Of a stretch of 64,000 nucleotides of DNA, positions 13,376 to 26,105 are shown one piece after another. The stretch spans positions 6,882,001 through 6,946,000 of the forward strand of contig NC_090358.1 in the NCBI RefSeq assembly GCF_035084215.1, written 5' to 3'. Position 1 is the stretch's first letter. Every line of letters starts with the position of its first letter. Made by a program: the position numbers and the translations under genes. This DNA is from Heptranchias perlo. Lineage: Eukaryota. The notes under the pieces were generated by a model. It ran no database searches. It saw only the letters and a program-made list of their open reading frames with translations, and had not been told where the DNA came from.

Positions 13376-14249
13376 GTAAGGTGCAAACTTTAAGGTCCCC
13401 CTTTATAAACTTAAATCGATGTATCGACTGGCTGATTGATGCAGCCCTATGGCACCGACCCCAAGGTGCAGGTGCTGGTTGGGCTGGACAGCAAGTTATT
13501 CTTTGATAACTTACTTTCTTTTTTTACTGCCTGGCTTTTTTTTTGGGGGGGGGGGGGGTGTTGCCCCGCAAGAGGGGCGCCGGTATAACTGCGGTCGAGC
13601 CGGGCTCAGTGGGGAGCGCTCTCACCTGCCAGACAGAAGATTCATGCCCCACTCCGGGGGTAATCTGCTTTCGGCATGAGATGTTCAGAGTGAGCTGTCC
13701 ACTGGTTCAGTTGTGTGTTTATGACCTCGAGGGACTGTTCATAAGAGAAAGAAGTTCTCCTGGTGCACAAGCCAACCATCCAGTAACTGACCATTCATCT
13801 CATCGCTGTTTATGGGATCTTGCTATGTTTGCCTACATAGCAACAGTCAATGGATTTCGTGGTAATTTATCGTAAGTGAAGTGTTTTGGGTTAAATACAG
13901 GCCTTTTTTAACTGGCAATTTGGATCAATTCTGCATTTTTCTCGGGGGAGGTTCCATTAGCGCCCCAGGGATGAATCACCTTCAAGAGAGGCGAGGGGAG
14001 GGGTGAAACATTGGATAAGAACTGACTGGACAGTGAACTTTGAACCTGACTGCCTGTACAGAGAGTCCTGGCACAGTAAGTATGCACAGGGATAGACCTC
14101 TGCTTTGACTATTGGAAGAGTGGTCCCAGTGGGTAATTGTCTTGTCTCTGAGCTAATGCACTATAGGATGGATCACATTGAATCAATATATTCTGATGCT
14201 GTGGATACTCTCCTTGTGTGATGCTCTTAATTCATCCCCTCAAATTTGT

Positions 14250-14340
14250 CCCCACACCCACACACCCACCCCCACATACACACACCCACCCACACACACA
14301 CATACATGCCCACACACCCACCCACACACACACACACACT
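14250..14340. repeat. Imperfect (CA)n/(CACC)n microsatellite
   Basis: Direct reading. Confidence 0.9.
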
Positions 14341-16068
14341 CTACTTCAAAGCTTGAAAGAACAACATCTGGACTTGTACTGCTGGGTGCTTTTCACTGCT
14401 CAAGGGTGCACAGTGTGAAAATTTCACACACACACACACACACCATCACACATTAGTGAGATCCTAGTGTAAGTCTGTACTGTCAGCGCGCATTGCTCCA
14501 AACAATGGTTCTGGCATCATACCAGCAGTATAGCTATGATTGTAGGTGCCAGTCAGTACCTGCTCCCTGGACATTCCACCCAATGCACCTGAAGCTTTTC
14601 AAGGAGTCAGTGTACGACCTCTAGTGGGAAGAGGAAGGACTGATTGCTCGGGGTGTAATGTACAATACCTCTACTACCTGCTGAGTTGGGCTGCCTCCGG
14701 TTCCCCTGCCGGCTGCATTACATGTTCATAAACGAGATTCATCCCAATTTCAGAACTAGGTCTTTGCATTAAAATTAAACCATCCCCTGCCCCCCCACTC
14801 CTGAAGGCACTGGCTCATGTTGGGATACGGTCCCACAGGTGCTGGCTGCCCTCCAAGAACTCATCAAATGGCCATTCTTCATGTGTTAGGCTATTCAACC
14901 ATGGGGGGCATCGCAGAAAAACTCGGCCCTGTACTCGCCTGATGTTCACAGACACACTCTTTGCAGATAGTGATCAGGAGCGAGAATACTAGCTGATTTG
15001 ATCCGCTCACTCGCCTAAAAGCAATGGTGCTGTTTGTAGTGTCTCACTGCCCACAATGGAACTGATGCACACAGACAGACTTTAAGGTCCGATCGGTTCA
15101 ATCCCTGGTCTGAGTTGAGTTGCAGCTGGGGTAACAGCTGGGGTTTTGCATTGGGCCCAAAGGTCTTGAGCCAAGGTGGGAAACAAATCAGCCGAGATAA
15201 CGTCAGTGGTGGGGAAACTCCTAGAGACCAAAACCTGGGACAAAATTAATTGTCACTTGGAAGAACAAGGGTTGGTAAATGAAGGCAAATCGTGTCTGAC
15301 AAACTTGATTGAGTTCTTTGATGAAATAACGGAGAGGGTTGGTGAATGTAGTGCAGTCGATGTTGTGCACATGGACTTTCAAAAGACAAGGGCCACATAA
15401 TAGACTTGTTAGCAAAATTGAAGCCCATTAAAGGGACAGTGGCAGCGTGGATACAAAATTGGCAAAGAGACTTTGACCCAACAATGTGCCTCATCCACAA
15501 CCTCTGAACAGACCATGAGCAAAGCTGAAGAGAGTAAGAAAGAAAAGATAAAGTGGTCAAGGTTGGTGACACTAGGCTGGCACAATTTACAGGTGAAAAA
15601 TGACCAGGGCCTCTTGAACCGTAACCTGAGATGAGTTTCTGGCTTCAGAAGGGAAGGGGAAAAGATTGGGGGAGGGAGAGGGGAAAAGCATGCCCTAAAA
15701 TCCTAACCCGTAACCTGTAGGAACATATGAACGGGAGTAGGCCATTCAGCCCCTCGAGGCTGCTCCGCTGATCTGTATCTTAACTCCATTTACCTGCCGT
15801 GGCTCCATATCCCTTAATACCCTTGCCTAACAAAAATCTATCGTCTCAGTTTTGAATCTTTCAATTGACCCCCCAGCCTCAACAGCTTTTTGCGGGGGAG
15901 AGTTCCAGATTTCCACTACCCTTTGTGTGAAAAGAAGTGCTTCCTGACCTCAGCCCCTGAACGGCCGAGCTTTAACGGCAAGGTTATGCACCTTTGTTCC
16001 GGACTCCCTTAGTGTGTGACTTGGTGCCAGATTGAGGTTCGATCCGTTGCACATTTTGATCTCAACAG

Positions 16069-16317
16069 GTGGTTGCAGGCGGTCACTACGATGTGGATTG
16101 TTTCATCGAAGATTCCAGAGGCCGAATGATCTACAGAAGGCACAAGATACGGCACGACACCTTCGTTGGGAAAGCAGAGTCCCCCGGCGTCTACAAGTTC
16201 TGCTTCGGCAACCAGTTCTCCACCTTCACTCACAAGAAGGTTTACTTCCAACTCCAGGTCGGCGAGGATGTCCCAATTGTCCCCAATGTTGATGACACGG
16301 TTTCTCCTCTCACGCAG
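16069..16317 (+). CDS. TMED3/TMED7-like p24, coding exon 2
   Basis: CAACAG| acceptor; VVAGGHYDVDC...GVYKFCFGNQFSTFTHKKVYFQLQVG (GOLD domain signature); 249 nt; CAG|GTTAGT donor. Confidence 0.93.
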
Positions 16318-16418
16318 GTTAGTTAGAATTGACAGGCCTGTGGAAATCTGGCTACTCGCCCCAACCAGGCCCGGCTTTGAAGCTGTGTTCTATGTATTGT
16401 TTTTAATGGAGAACCCTA

Positions 16419-17205
16419 GTGGAAGGCCCAAGATCCCATTGCACCCACACTACCGAGGCTGAAAAGAGTCAGAGGAGTGCTAGGGTGACACCAAGCTTAG
16501 CATTGTAGGAGGACTAAGGGAAGAGTTTGGCTAACTAATGGAATGTCCCTTGCATTGGCTGCATGAGAGTCCTGGAATCGGAGAATATTACAGCACAGGA
16601 GGCCATTTGGCCCGTTGTGCCTGTGCCGACTCTTTGAAAGAGCCATCCAATTATTCCTACTGCAAATTTTTCCTTTTCAAGTATTTGTCCAATTCCCTTT
16701 TGAAAGTAACAGTTGAATCTGCTTCCACCACCCTTTCGGGCAGTGCATTCCAGATCATAACAATTCGCTGCGTAAAGAAAACGTCTCCTCATCTCCCCTC
16801 TGGTCCTTTTGCGGGTAAGTCACAAGGGGCCTTTTAACTCCCGTCCGCTTGGCTGGTTTCTGCCAAGCTGTAAATTCTACCAGGTGCCAGACATGCAGGT
16901 AACAATTACAGCAAGCATCCTGAGTTCTACAAAATATCTTGCGCATAATGGAGAATAATAGTGCAGATATTTGAAGATCCATCGTAACTACTTGTGTAAG
17001 TGTAGGAAAATTCTCCATTGATCACCTGTGCTGTAAAATTCTCCGATTCTAGGACTCTCATCCAACCAATGCAAGGGACCTTCCATTAGTTAGCCAAACT
17101 CTTCCCTTAGTTCTCCTACAATGCTAAGCTTGGTGTCACCCTAGCACTCCTCTGACTCTTTTCAGCCTCGGTAGTGTGGGTGCAATGGGATCTTGGGCCT
17201 TCCAC
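16419..17205. repeat. 181-bp inverted repeat (16419-16599 / 17025-17205) in TMED intron 2
   Basis: About 6 mismatches in 181 bp by manual comparison; outer ~93 bp perfect. Confidence 0.95.
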
Positions 17206-17249
17206 GAAGCAGTTGGAACTCATCGTGATCCTTTTGCTTCCCTTTTCAG

Positions 17250-17486
17250 CTGGAATCTGCCTGCGTCTCCGTCCATCATGCAATGAAGACCGTGATCATC
17301 TTCCAGTCACAGCAACGTGTGCGGGCCCTGATCGATCGCCTGCATGCCGAAGACATCCGTACCCACGTTATCTACTGGGCAACGAGCGAGACCATCATCC
17401 TTTTTCTAGTTACCATTGGCCAGGTGATCCTCCTGAAGAGCTTCTTTACTGAAAAAAGGGCCAACGCAAGTACGCTCAAAACCTAA
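17250..17486 (+). CDS. TMED3/TMED7-like p24, coding exon 3 (coiled coil, TM, FF tail)
   Basis: Pyrimidine tract + TTTCAG| acceptor; LESACVSVHHAMKTV...YWATSETIILFLVTIGQVILLKSFFTEKR...stop; spliced product 209 aa. Confidence 0.92.
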   Translation: MESACVSVHHAMKTVIIFQSQQRVRALIDRLHAEDIRTHVIYWATSETIILFLVTIGQVILLKSFFTEKRANASTLKT

Positions 17487-20400
17487 CGCCTACATCCATT
17501 GGTTGCTGTAGCCTAGCCACTTGAATTCACCCGTGTGTGCCGTGTTACAGCAGTGTAGTTATTACGTGGCAATCAATGTGCAGTGATCGTGGGGGAAGTA
17601 TAGTCGGTGAAGCTGCCCCCAATTCCTACAAGTTGCAAGGGGAGAGATGCCTGCAGCTATGTCTCCCAGTCACCACTTCTTAACGATGGATGAAGCCTTT
17701 CACATCCTCAGGACTTCACAAAGCAACCTTACAGCCAATAAAAGAAAGAACTTGCATTTATATATTGCCTTTCATAACCTCAGGACGTCCCAATCAATTA
17801 ACTTGTTGAAGTGTTGTCACTGTTGTTATGTAGACAAACACGGCAACCAATTTGCGCACAGCAAGGTTCCACAAAACGGCAAATGAGATGAATGACCAGG
17901 TAATGTGTGTTTAGTGGTTAAGGGAGGAATCATGGCTCACACAGTGCTGCCCAGGGAACCGCAGACCAGGACACACAATACATTAAAACTACCACGTAGA
18001 GACAACTCTGATGGTTCCACCCTTTAGTCCTTCTTCACATATTGAAATTCTTGGCCTATCTCCTCTGATCTCAAGTGGAACTCCCAATCACTAAAGCTGC
18101 CAAACTATTTCCCCTCAATAGTTCTTGTCTGTCTATTAAATCCAAGTACGTCCCACCAACCTCTATCTCTCCCTTATCTGTTACCTCTCGCACTCCTGGA
18201 TAGGAAACAAGGAAAAGCTTATCCTCTGATAGGCAATTCCATCTCTCACTTCTAGATTCCACCAACCTCTATCTCTCCATTGCATCTTCATTTGTCTCTC
18301 TTGATTTAATGAAAATAATTGGCATCAGGTTACCTCTGCAATCTTCCTTTCTTGTTCCTTCTAGGCTTCAATACACTGTTGTACACTGTTCCGCCTCACT
18401 TTATCCTCATCATGTTGAAATGAAGACGCTTCACACTTTCTCCTACTCACAAGGACCTCAGAACTGTGGCACTCCCAGCCTCACTGAGTCCAGCCTTTTC
18501 CCCTCCGATCAATAGGATTGTAAACTCCAACCTCGGCATCATCTAATTCCGAGTTCCTGTTTTACCTTATCTTCTGTCCTATTCTTTTCAAGTTCGGAGG
18601 TGTCCTGTACTTTGGGCCCTGGGCTTAAGAATGGATGCCAATCGACCCAACAAATCCCAACCCACTCATTTTCCAAAGGGAGGGGACCCCCCCCCCCTCC
18701 CATTTTGTGCAGAACCCCCTGGTGTGATGTTATGAAACTCTGCTCTGGTGACACGATTGAAACTGGGAGCTCGGCAAACACATCCTCCATTTTGTGATGT
18801 TACATTGTTGGGGAGCGGCAAGTTCCACAGAAAATATTTCTGCTCCCAGCTTACTTCTATAGCCAGCAATTTTGAACATGAAGTCATTTTAAAAGTGGGT
18901 GACTGGTCGAGATGGGCAAGTCTACAGGTATCTCCCTCGATAGCAGCTGGGACGATGTACTTCCCCTTTCAAAGAATACTGGAGGCTTGGGTTCCACTAA
19001 ATGGGATCTGCTGCCAATGAATTTGTTTTCCTCTTAGCAACTGAAAAATTAATTTCCCTGGTACTACAGGTGTGGATTGTGTTGATCATAGCACTGCCGT
19101 TAAGTTGCCTTACCTGACTAGCCACTAAAAGAAACAAAAAAAATTTGCATTTCTAGAGCACCTTTCACAACCTCAGGATGCTTCAAAGCACGTCACAGCC
19201 AATGAAATACTTTTTGAAGTGTGGTCACTGTTGTAATGTAGGAAATTCAACACCAATTTGCGCACAGCAAGGTCCCACAAACAGCAATGTGATAATAACC
19301 AGATAATCTGTTTTTAGGTGTTGGTTGAGGGATAAATATTGGTCTTCTTTGAATAGTGTTATAGAGGGTAGGCGAGGCCTCAGTTTTAACGTCTCATCTG
19401 AAAGACGGCACCTCCGGCAGTGCAGCACTCCCTCAGTACTGTATCCCTCTGTAATGCAGAGCAGGAGGGCCTCAGGTTGGTTCTCCGGTCCATTAGTGGA
19501 CCTTAGATGAGATGGCACTCGGGCCTCAGCACCGATGGGCTAAGAAAGGGGGGGAGAAACCAACCAAGGTTCCTGCTCCTAATTGTAATCCATTGACTCC
19601 CTCTCCACCACCTCCCCACCTCCACCCCCGGCCCTTTCCTGGAAAGCTTGCGTTTGAACGTACATTGGATGGGGAAAGAAACGGAATCTTACCACAGCAT
19701 GAGTCAGCGCCTTCTGGTGAGGGAGAAAATTGGAGGAAGTGAGAAGAATCATCAAATGTCACACTCCAAGTCACCACCAGCTGATGTGGTTGGAGGCGGC
19801 TATTGGCTTCAGTCCTCCCAGCTCACCTCTGACTGGGGGGGAGGCTCACAAACCACTGGCCAACAAACACTCTTGACCACAGCAATTTGGCCAGTGAAGC
19901 CGCAATGTCATTGTTGAGTGCGTTCTGCACGCAGGGCGACCGAGTAATAGTTAATGAGCCGCAACGATTAGATGCAGCTATGGTGCAGAAATCAGACATC
20001 TTCCATTTGAAAGTTTTTTTTAAATTAAATTCAGGCAGGCTGACATGTTCTCTTGGGTAATGGTACTTAAACAGGAGACAACACATGGAACTTGCAGTCA
20101 CTAACAGCACGGCTCTTATAGAAATGAGCACATTTGTGTTTTCGCGCTGAGTATCGAGGAGTTGGGCTCAGTTCAGCTGGGCAAGGTGGCGGAGGGGTCA
20201 ATGAGTGGTCTCTCAGGGCACTGAGGCAAGACAGCGGGGTCTCCCCTATGAAAGGGACCCGCACGGTTATCAATCTAACCGACTCTCTCTGTTTAGTTGA
20301 AGCAGAGAGTCTCCAGCCAGTCGTCTTTAAGTATTACAGCACATGTTTTAAATACTATCTGTGGTGTGATAGTTACAGATAACAGAAGAGTATGGGGAAG

Positions 20401-23400
20401 AATTAATTCTAACAGACTGCAGGTGGCTGAGAACCAGGAACTAGCCGGTGCTGCTTGCCAGCTGGCTGCTGTGAGGTGTGGCAAGGCAGTCCAATTGCGT
20501 ATGCCCGCAGATTTTTCTTCGGCCACCTCCTTCCTGGGTAGTGTGGGTGAGTGCCCACTGCCCCAGCAGGCACAGCTAGGATCAGGAGCTTGGCCATGGC
20601 GAGTGCATCAATTGCAAACTTAATCTCTGAACTGTGAAGGGGTGTTTCAAGATAATGGTTGCACAGAGATGCCAGCAGGCTACAACACTATGGACACCAC
20701 AGAGACTCTATGCTTATAAGTGCCGACCCTCAAACTAAATAAAAGCTAAACCAGCAGCACCCCCAGCATCAATGGCTTAGAGGGTAAATGCACTGCCCAT
20801 TGTTTCCCCAGACCAGGAATGGTCCTTCCCAGGTTCAACCCCACCCAAGTCTATGCTGAGATAGCAGCTGTGGACCTACATTACACCCCCCCAGTGCCTC
20901 TGTGCTAGTGGGGGGGGGATATCCTGCAACCCCCTGCTGGAAAGTATCCGAGCCTGTGGCCGTCAGGCGAGGATGGGAATCAGGCTCAGCTGGTCAAATT
21001 CTTTGCCGACATCAACTGATTGAGGTCCTGAAGGCCGGGGGCAGGCGATGGCGTCCCATGAAACTGTACCCTGGCAGGAGTCAGCGCCTTCAGGAGAGGA
21101 TGGTGAGGGGGGAAATCAGGGGCAGAATTCTTCTGTATCGAGGGGACCTGCAATCTTTTTCTACAGCGGGTAAAGTATAAATTTATTCGAGGGCTGTGCA
21201 GGTTAAATGGAGTGTGTTGTGTTATTACAACTGGGAATTTGATTCTGTCAATCGCTACCACTTTAATTGTTCCTATTTACGTTGACCCACCACACTGAAT
21301 AAAAGTTAGATTGATTCATTCATTAATTCTGGTTCAAGTTTATTTTTCACCTTTATACAAAATGGGGAACGCTCCAAGGATTTTTTGTGGGGGTTGAGTC
21401 ACAGAGCAACCTAGTGAATGCAGGGGAAACAGGCAGCACTTCACTGTGTGTAAATGAACCGAAAGCATAACACACCTGGGCTCTCTGATGGTTCGGCTGG
21501 TAAGTGGTTCAAGGGGGGGGGGGGGGGGAGGAGGCTCGTGTGGAGCCTAATTGCCGGCATAGACCAGTTGGGCCGAATGGCCTGTTTCTATGCTCCAGAC
21601 TCTTATGTAATTCTGTGTGGAACTCAGCCAGGTGCACCAAGATGGGCCAGGCCTTGATCCCCAGTCTATGCTGTTAGCTGGGCTCACCCTGGGACGCGAG
21701 CATATTCTGACTCGATTGCGAAGTGCCCTCCCCCAGTCAAGAATCTTGAGAACGTCGCCACCTTAAAGAAAGAACTAGCATTTATACAGAGCCTTACCAA
21801 AGCATCTTTACAACCAATTTTTTTTTTTGTCGTGCAGTCAATATTGTTATGTAGACGAACACAGAAGACATTTTGTACACAGCAAGATCCCACAAGCAGC
21901 AATTAAGATTAATGATGTGGATTAATGGAGAAATCTGGGCTCTCCTACATGAATAAGGGTCACGTGGACAATCAATACTGGAGAAATCCTTCAAAAAGAA
22001 AAAGAATGATTGCATTTATATAGCGCCTTTCATATCCCTGAGATGTCCCAAAGTGCTTTACAGCCAATTAAGTACTTTTGAAGTGCAGTCACTATTACTT
22101 TGTGGGCAAATGCAGAAGCCAATTTGCACACAGCAAGGTCCCCACGAACAGATAACCGGCCAGCTAATCTATCTTGGTTGAAGGGTGAATACAGGTGCCA
22201 GGGTACTGACACTATGCAAGTTTTGCTTAATTCGAGGCTGCAGTCACAGTACTGATTAGAACAGCTACGTACTGTGGCGTCTGGGTGGACCAGTCCTGAG
22301 ATGCTCCATCCAGAATCTTTTTTAAAAAAGAAAAAAAGGGCGAGAAATGGAAACCCATCTCTCCCAGTGCCCAAACTCTCCCATTACAGCATCCAATTCC
22401 AGTTTAAGCCTCCCCAACAGTTTTGGATTATCGCCAAACACATCTCCATCTTTTTAATTAAGGAAGTTTTTTTTCTGATGTCTGTTTTAAATTCATTTTT
22501 CACTAATTTCAAATTGACGTTGTCTGATCTTACTTTACCTTGAAGTGATATTCTCGTCTGTGCCATTTAATATGGCCCAGGGCTCTGCTCTTGGATGCCC
22601 TTCTCTACTGATGAGGCATAGTTTAAAGGGTTTAATTTTATGAGTCTGCACTGCCAAGGCAATGGTCCCCACCAGCAGTCCAGACTAGTAAAATTACCCT
22701 TTGAAGGTTAGTTGTTTGAAGTGTCAAGGTAGGTAGGTGCAGTACTTGTTCTCTCCAGCAGATAGAGCGTTGTATTCATTCAACAACAAATTACCAGACT
22801 GGATACTCCCTCTGGTGAGACAGGTAGAGTTTGCAACATTTAGTTATTAAAATAGGCATTCATTTTGGTCCAAATGGTAAATCCAATGTCCAATTGAACC
22901 AGGCATGGTTTCAGCCCAGAGAGAATCTAGTGTGGGAGCGCTCAAAATGTTACACTGCGTCAAATGGAAGGGGTTGAGACAATTTAAATGGGGTTAACCT
23001 GGCTTGGGAGTGCTTGATGCAGACAGTAGGTACCTGGAATGGTTAAATGTGTCATTTGCCAACACTGACACCCCCTCATTGAGAAGAGCACAAAAGTTCA
23101 AACACAAAAAAAGTCTTTTAAAAAGATCTAACAAGAAGCCAGGGGACTTATCGAAGGGGCTGCACAACGCGAAGCTCTTGCAATCTGTTCAGACACAGGC
23201 CCATTAAAGCTTCCTCGATGCCTCAGTGAGTAGATGCACTGCCGGGTGCGGTACGACGTTGCACAGAGCAGAGGATCACAGGTGTTCCCCCCCCCCCCCC
23301 CCGCCGGTCTGTATTTAGTTAGCTGACCAGGACAGTGACAGGGTCACTGCAATTGCCCCAGTAGCCTGAGCTGAAGACGGGTAGGATGGGGGGGAAATAA

Positions 23401-23721
23401 GCCAGCAGGGACCCCGCTCCTGATCACCATCCAGTGGATCCTGGTAGAAGGTGCAGGAGTATAGAGGTGAGGCGAGGAATAGGATCGAGAGCTGTGACGC
23501 CCTCCACTGTCAGCATGCTCACAGTCTAGGCTCACACATGACGAATGGCCAATTGGTTCGAGGAACTGCAATTCAGGAAAGGAGGAGAGAATTGGGAGTG
23601 AGGGTGGGCGTGGATCAAATGATGCTGTGCAGTTTTGTGATCCGGGGTTAACAGCAGATATCATTCCTTGTTCATGTGACATACGAAAATCAGAGCTCCC
23701 GTTCCTAATCTGTTTTATTCA

Positions 23722-23868
23722 CTAATATCTGTCTCGATTCTCAAATCTGTTCACTATCTCCACTTTGTATCCCTCAGAGAGACGACGTTCCCATGTTCTG
23801 TCCACAAGTTTAAAAAGTTCCATCGCTGCGTTGGCATCTTCAACAGATGAGTGTCCTCTGTGGCTGTC
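23722..23868 (-). CDS. ISG20: ISG20 coding exon 3
   Basis: TTTAACAG| acceptor; DSHRGHSSVEDANAAMELFKLV (ExoIII HxxxxD)...RDRY*; not in the ORF track, translated by hand; total 192 aa. Confidence 0.87.
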   Translation of the reverse strand, partial: DSHRGHSSVEDANAAMELFKLVDRTWERRLSEGYKVEIVNRFENRDRY

Positions 23869-25196
23869 CTGTTAAAGAAAAGAGTGAACCAGTCAGGGGA
23901 GGCCACAGGGTGGAAAACATCACACTGGGGGCCCTCGGCTGAGATTGTGGATCAGGCACGATGTTGGGGCAGTGCAGAGGGAGCTTTACTCTGCACCTGG
24001 CCTGTGTTGTACCAACCTGACAATGACTGATGGGGCAATGTAAGAACATAGGAACAGGAGTAGGTCATTTAGTCCCTCGAGCCTGTTCTGCCATTCAATG
24101 AGATCATGGCTTATCTGTGACCTACATACCCACCTTAGCCCCATATCCCTTAATACTTCTGGTTAACAAAAATCTATCAATTTCAGATTTAAAATTAACA
24201 ATTGAGCTAGCATCAACTGCCATTGAGGGAGCTTTACTCTGTATCTAACCTATGCTATACCTGACCTGAAAGTGCTTGGTGCTGATACTGGGTATCCAAA
24301 ATGAGATGTTTCATTCTCGAGGGCTAACCTCCTTCACCTTGACTGGCAATAAACTCTCAGCAGAAAGTTCAAACAGAAGAAAACACAGAATGAAAAGCTG
24401 CTTTTGCCCATCAAGCTGATTTGATCGGTGGACAATGGTAAAAGTTTCCACCAAAAAGGTTAACTTTTGCTCTCAGAAGCTGACTGACTGGTTGTGCATT
24501 TCCACCATATTTTCTGTTTCTATTTCAAATATCAAGTATTTGGTTTCCTTTTTAGCCTTTCTACAGTCTACCATACCAAAGACTCCATACCACCCACTCA
24601 ATCTCCAGAGAGAATACCCTGCATAAATATACTGAGTGATCAGACACCCCTAACTCGCATATAGCCCGATCAAGCTGCAAGACAGATATAGGCAGACACA
24701 CAGAGGGAGCAAGAAAGAGAGCAAGCGAAAAAGAGAGGGAGAAAGAGCGAACGAGAGAGAAAACAAGAATATCATGCTGGTGGTAGAATGTAAAAGTATA
24801 GAAATTTACTCTCTTTAGAACAAGGCTCAGAGCTTTCCCTGAGGAACGGAAAAAGAACAAATTGACCCCCTTTTTATTATTGAGGAACCCAGGGCAAAGG
24901 CCCAGGCTCCCTTGGACAGGACACCATCAAGGTTAGATAAGAGTAAGAAGTAAATCGAAAGTTAGTGATTTGTTGACACCAAGTTTGGGTAGGAGAACGT
25001 GGCAGGTCACAGTTTTACGATTCTAGGAATGAGTGAGTTAGGGCAGAGGCAGTGTAATGCCTCTTGAATTAAAGACTGCGAGGATGTAGTGAGAAGGAAG
25101 GGCGTGGAGGGGAGAGCATTTGGAGGTTAACAGAGGAAAGTTTGGAGGAAAAGTTCATCAGTGTGTTTGAGCGCCCAATACACACATTCTGTTTAC

Positions 25197-25397
25197 CTGT
25201 ATCCTTTTCCCCAGCAGGTTGTTGCAAAGGATTTTTAACGAGGCCCGTCTGTCGGTTTTCAGATTCGCCTTCGTGATCAATAACCTGCACGATGAGGTGT
25301 CCCGTATTTCGTACTTTGAGATGTCAGCTTTCAGGACCCGAAAGTCCGATCTAGGATCATGGCCCACAATAGTTTTCCCTTCTATAATTTTCAAAAT
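25197..25397 (-). CDS. ISG20: ISG20 coding exon 2
   Basis: TTCCATTCAG| acceptor; ILKIIEGKTIVGHDPRSDF (ExoII)...SLKILCNNLLGKRIQ; 201 nt; CAG|GTAAAC donor. Confidence 0.87.
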
Positions 25398-25734
25398 CTG
25401 AATGGAATTGGCAAATGTTTCATTAGAAGAAAGAACTTGCATTTCTACAGCGCCTTTCACGTCCTCAAGACGTCCCAAAGCGCTTCACAACAAATGAAGT
25501 ACTTTTGAAGTGTCATCACTTGTTGTTATGTAGACAGATGTGGTAGCCAACTTGCGCACAGCAAGATCCCACAGTTGGAAAAGACTGATTTAATGCTTTT
25601 GCTGGTGCTGGATGAGGGATGAATGTTGGCCAGGGCACCGGGAGATTCCCAGATCTGATGAAGGATCATCGACCTGAAACATTAACTCTGTTTCTCTCTC
25701 CATGGATGCTGCCAGACCTACTAAGTGTCATACA

Positions 25735-26105
25735 GGAACTGGAGGAGGCCATTCAGCCCCTCGAGCCTGTTGCACCACTGAATTAGATCATGGCTGATCT
25801 GTATCTTAACTCCATTTACCCACCGTTGCTCCATATCCCTCAATATTCTTACCTAACAAAAATCTATCAATCTCAGTTTTGAAATTTTCAATTGACCCCC
25901 AGCCTCAACAGCTTTTTGGGGGAAGAGAGTTCCAGATTTCCACTCCCCTTTGTGTGATGTGCTTCCTGACATCAGCCCTGAACGGCCTAGCTCTAATTAT
26001 AAGGTTATGCCCCCTTTTTCTGGACTCCCCCCACCAGAGGAAATAGTTTCACTCTATCAACCCTACCAATTCCTTTAATTATCTTAAACACCTCAATTAG
26101 ATCAT
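25735..26105 (-). mobile_element. CR1 3' fragment nested in a Penelope-like remnant (25650-26135)
   Basis: The PLE-like CTGATGAAGG..GAAAC..CTCTCTCC..GATGCTGCC is interrupted and resumes at TTTCCAGCATTTCCTGTTTTTATT. Confidence 0.65.
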
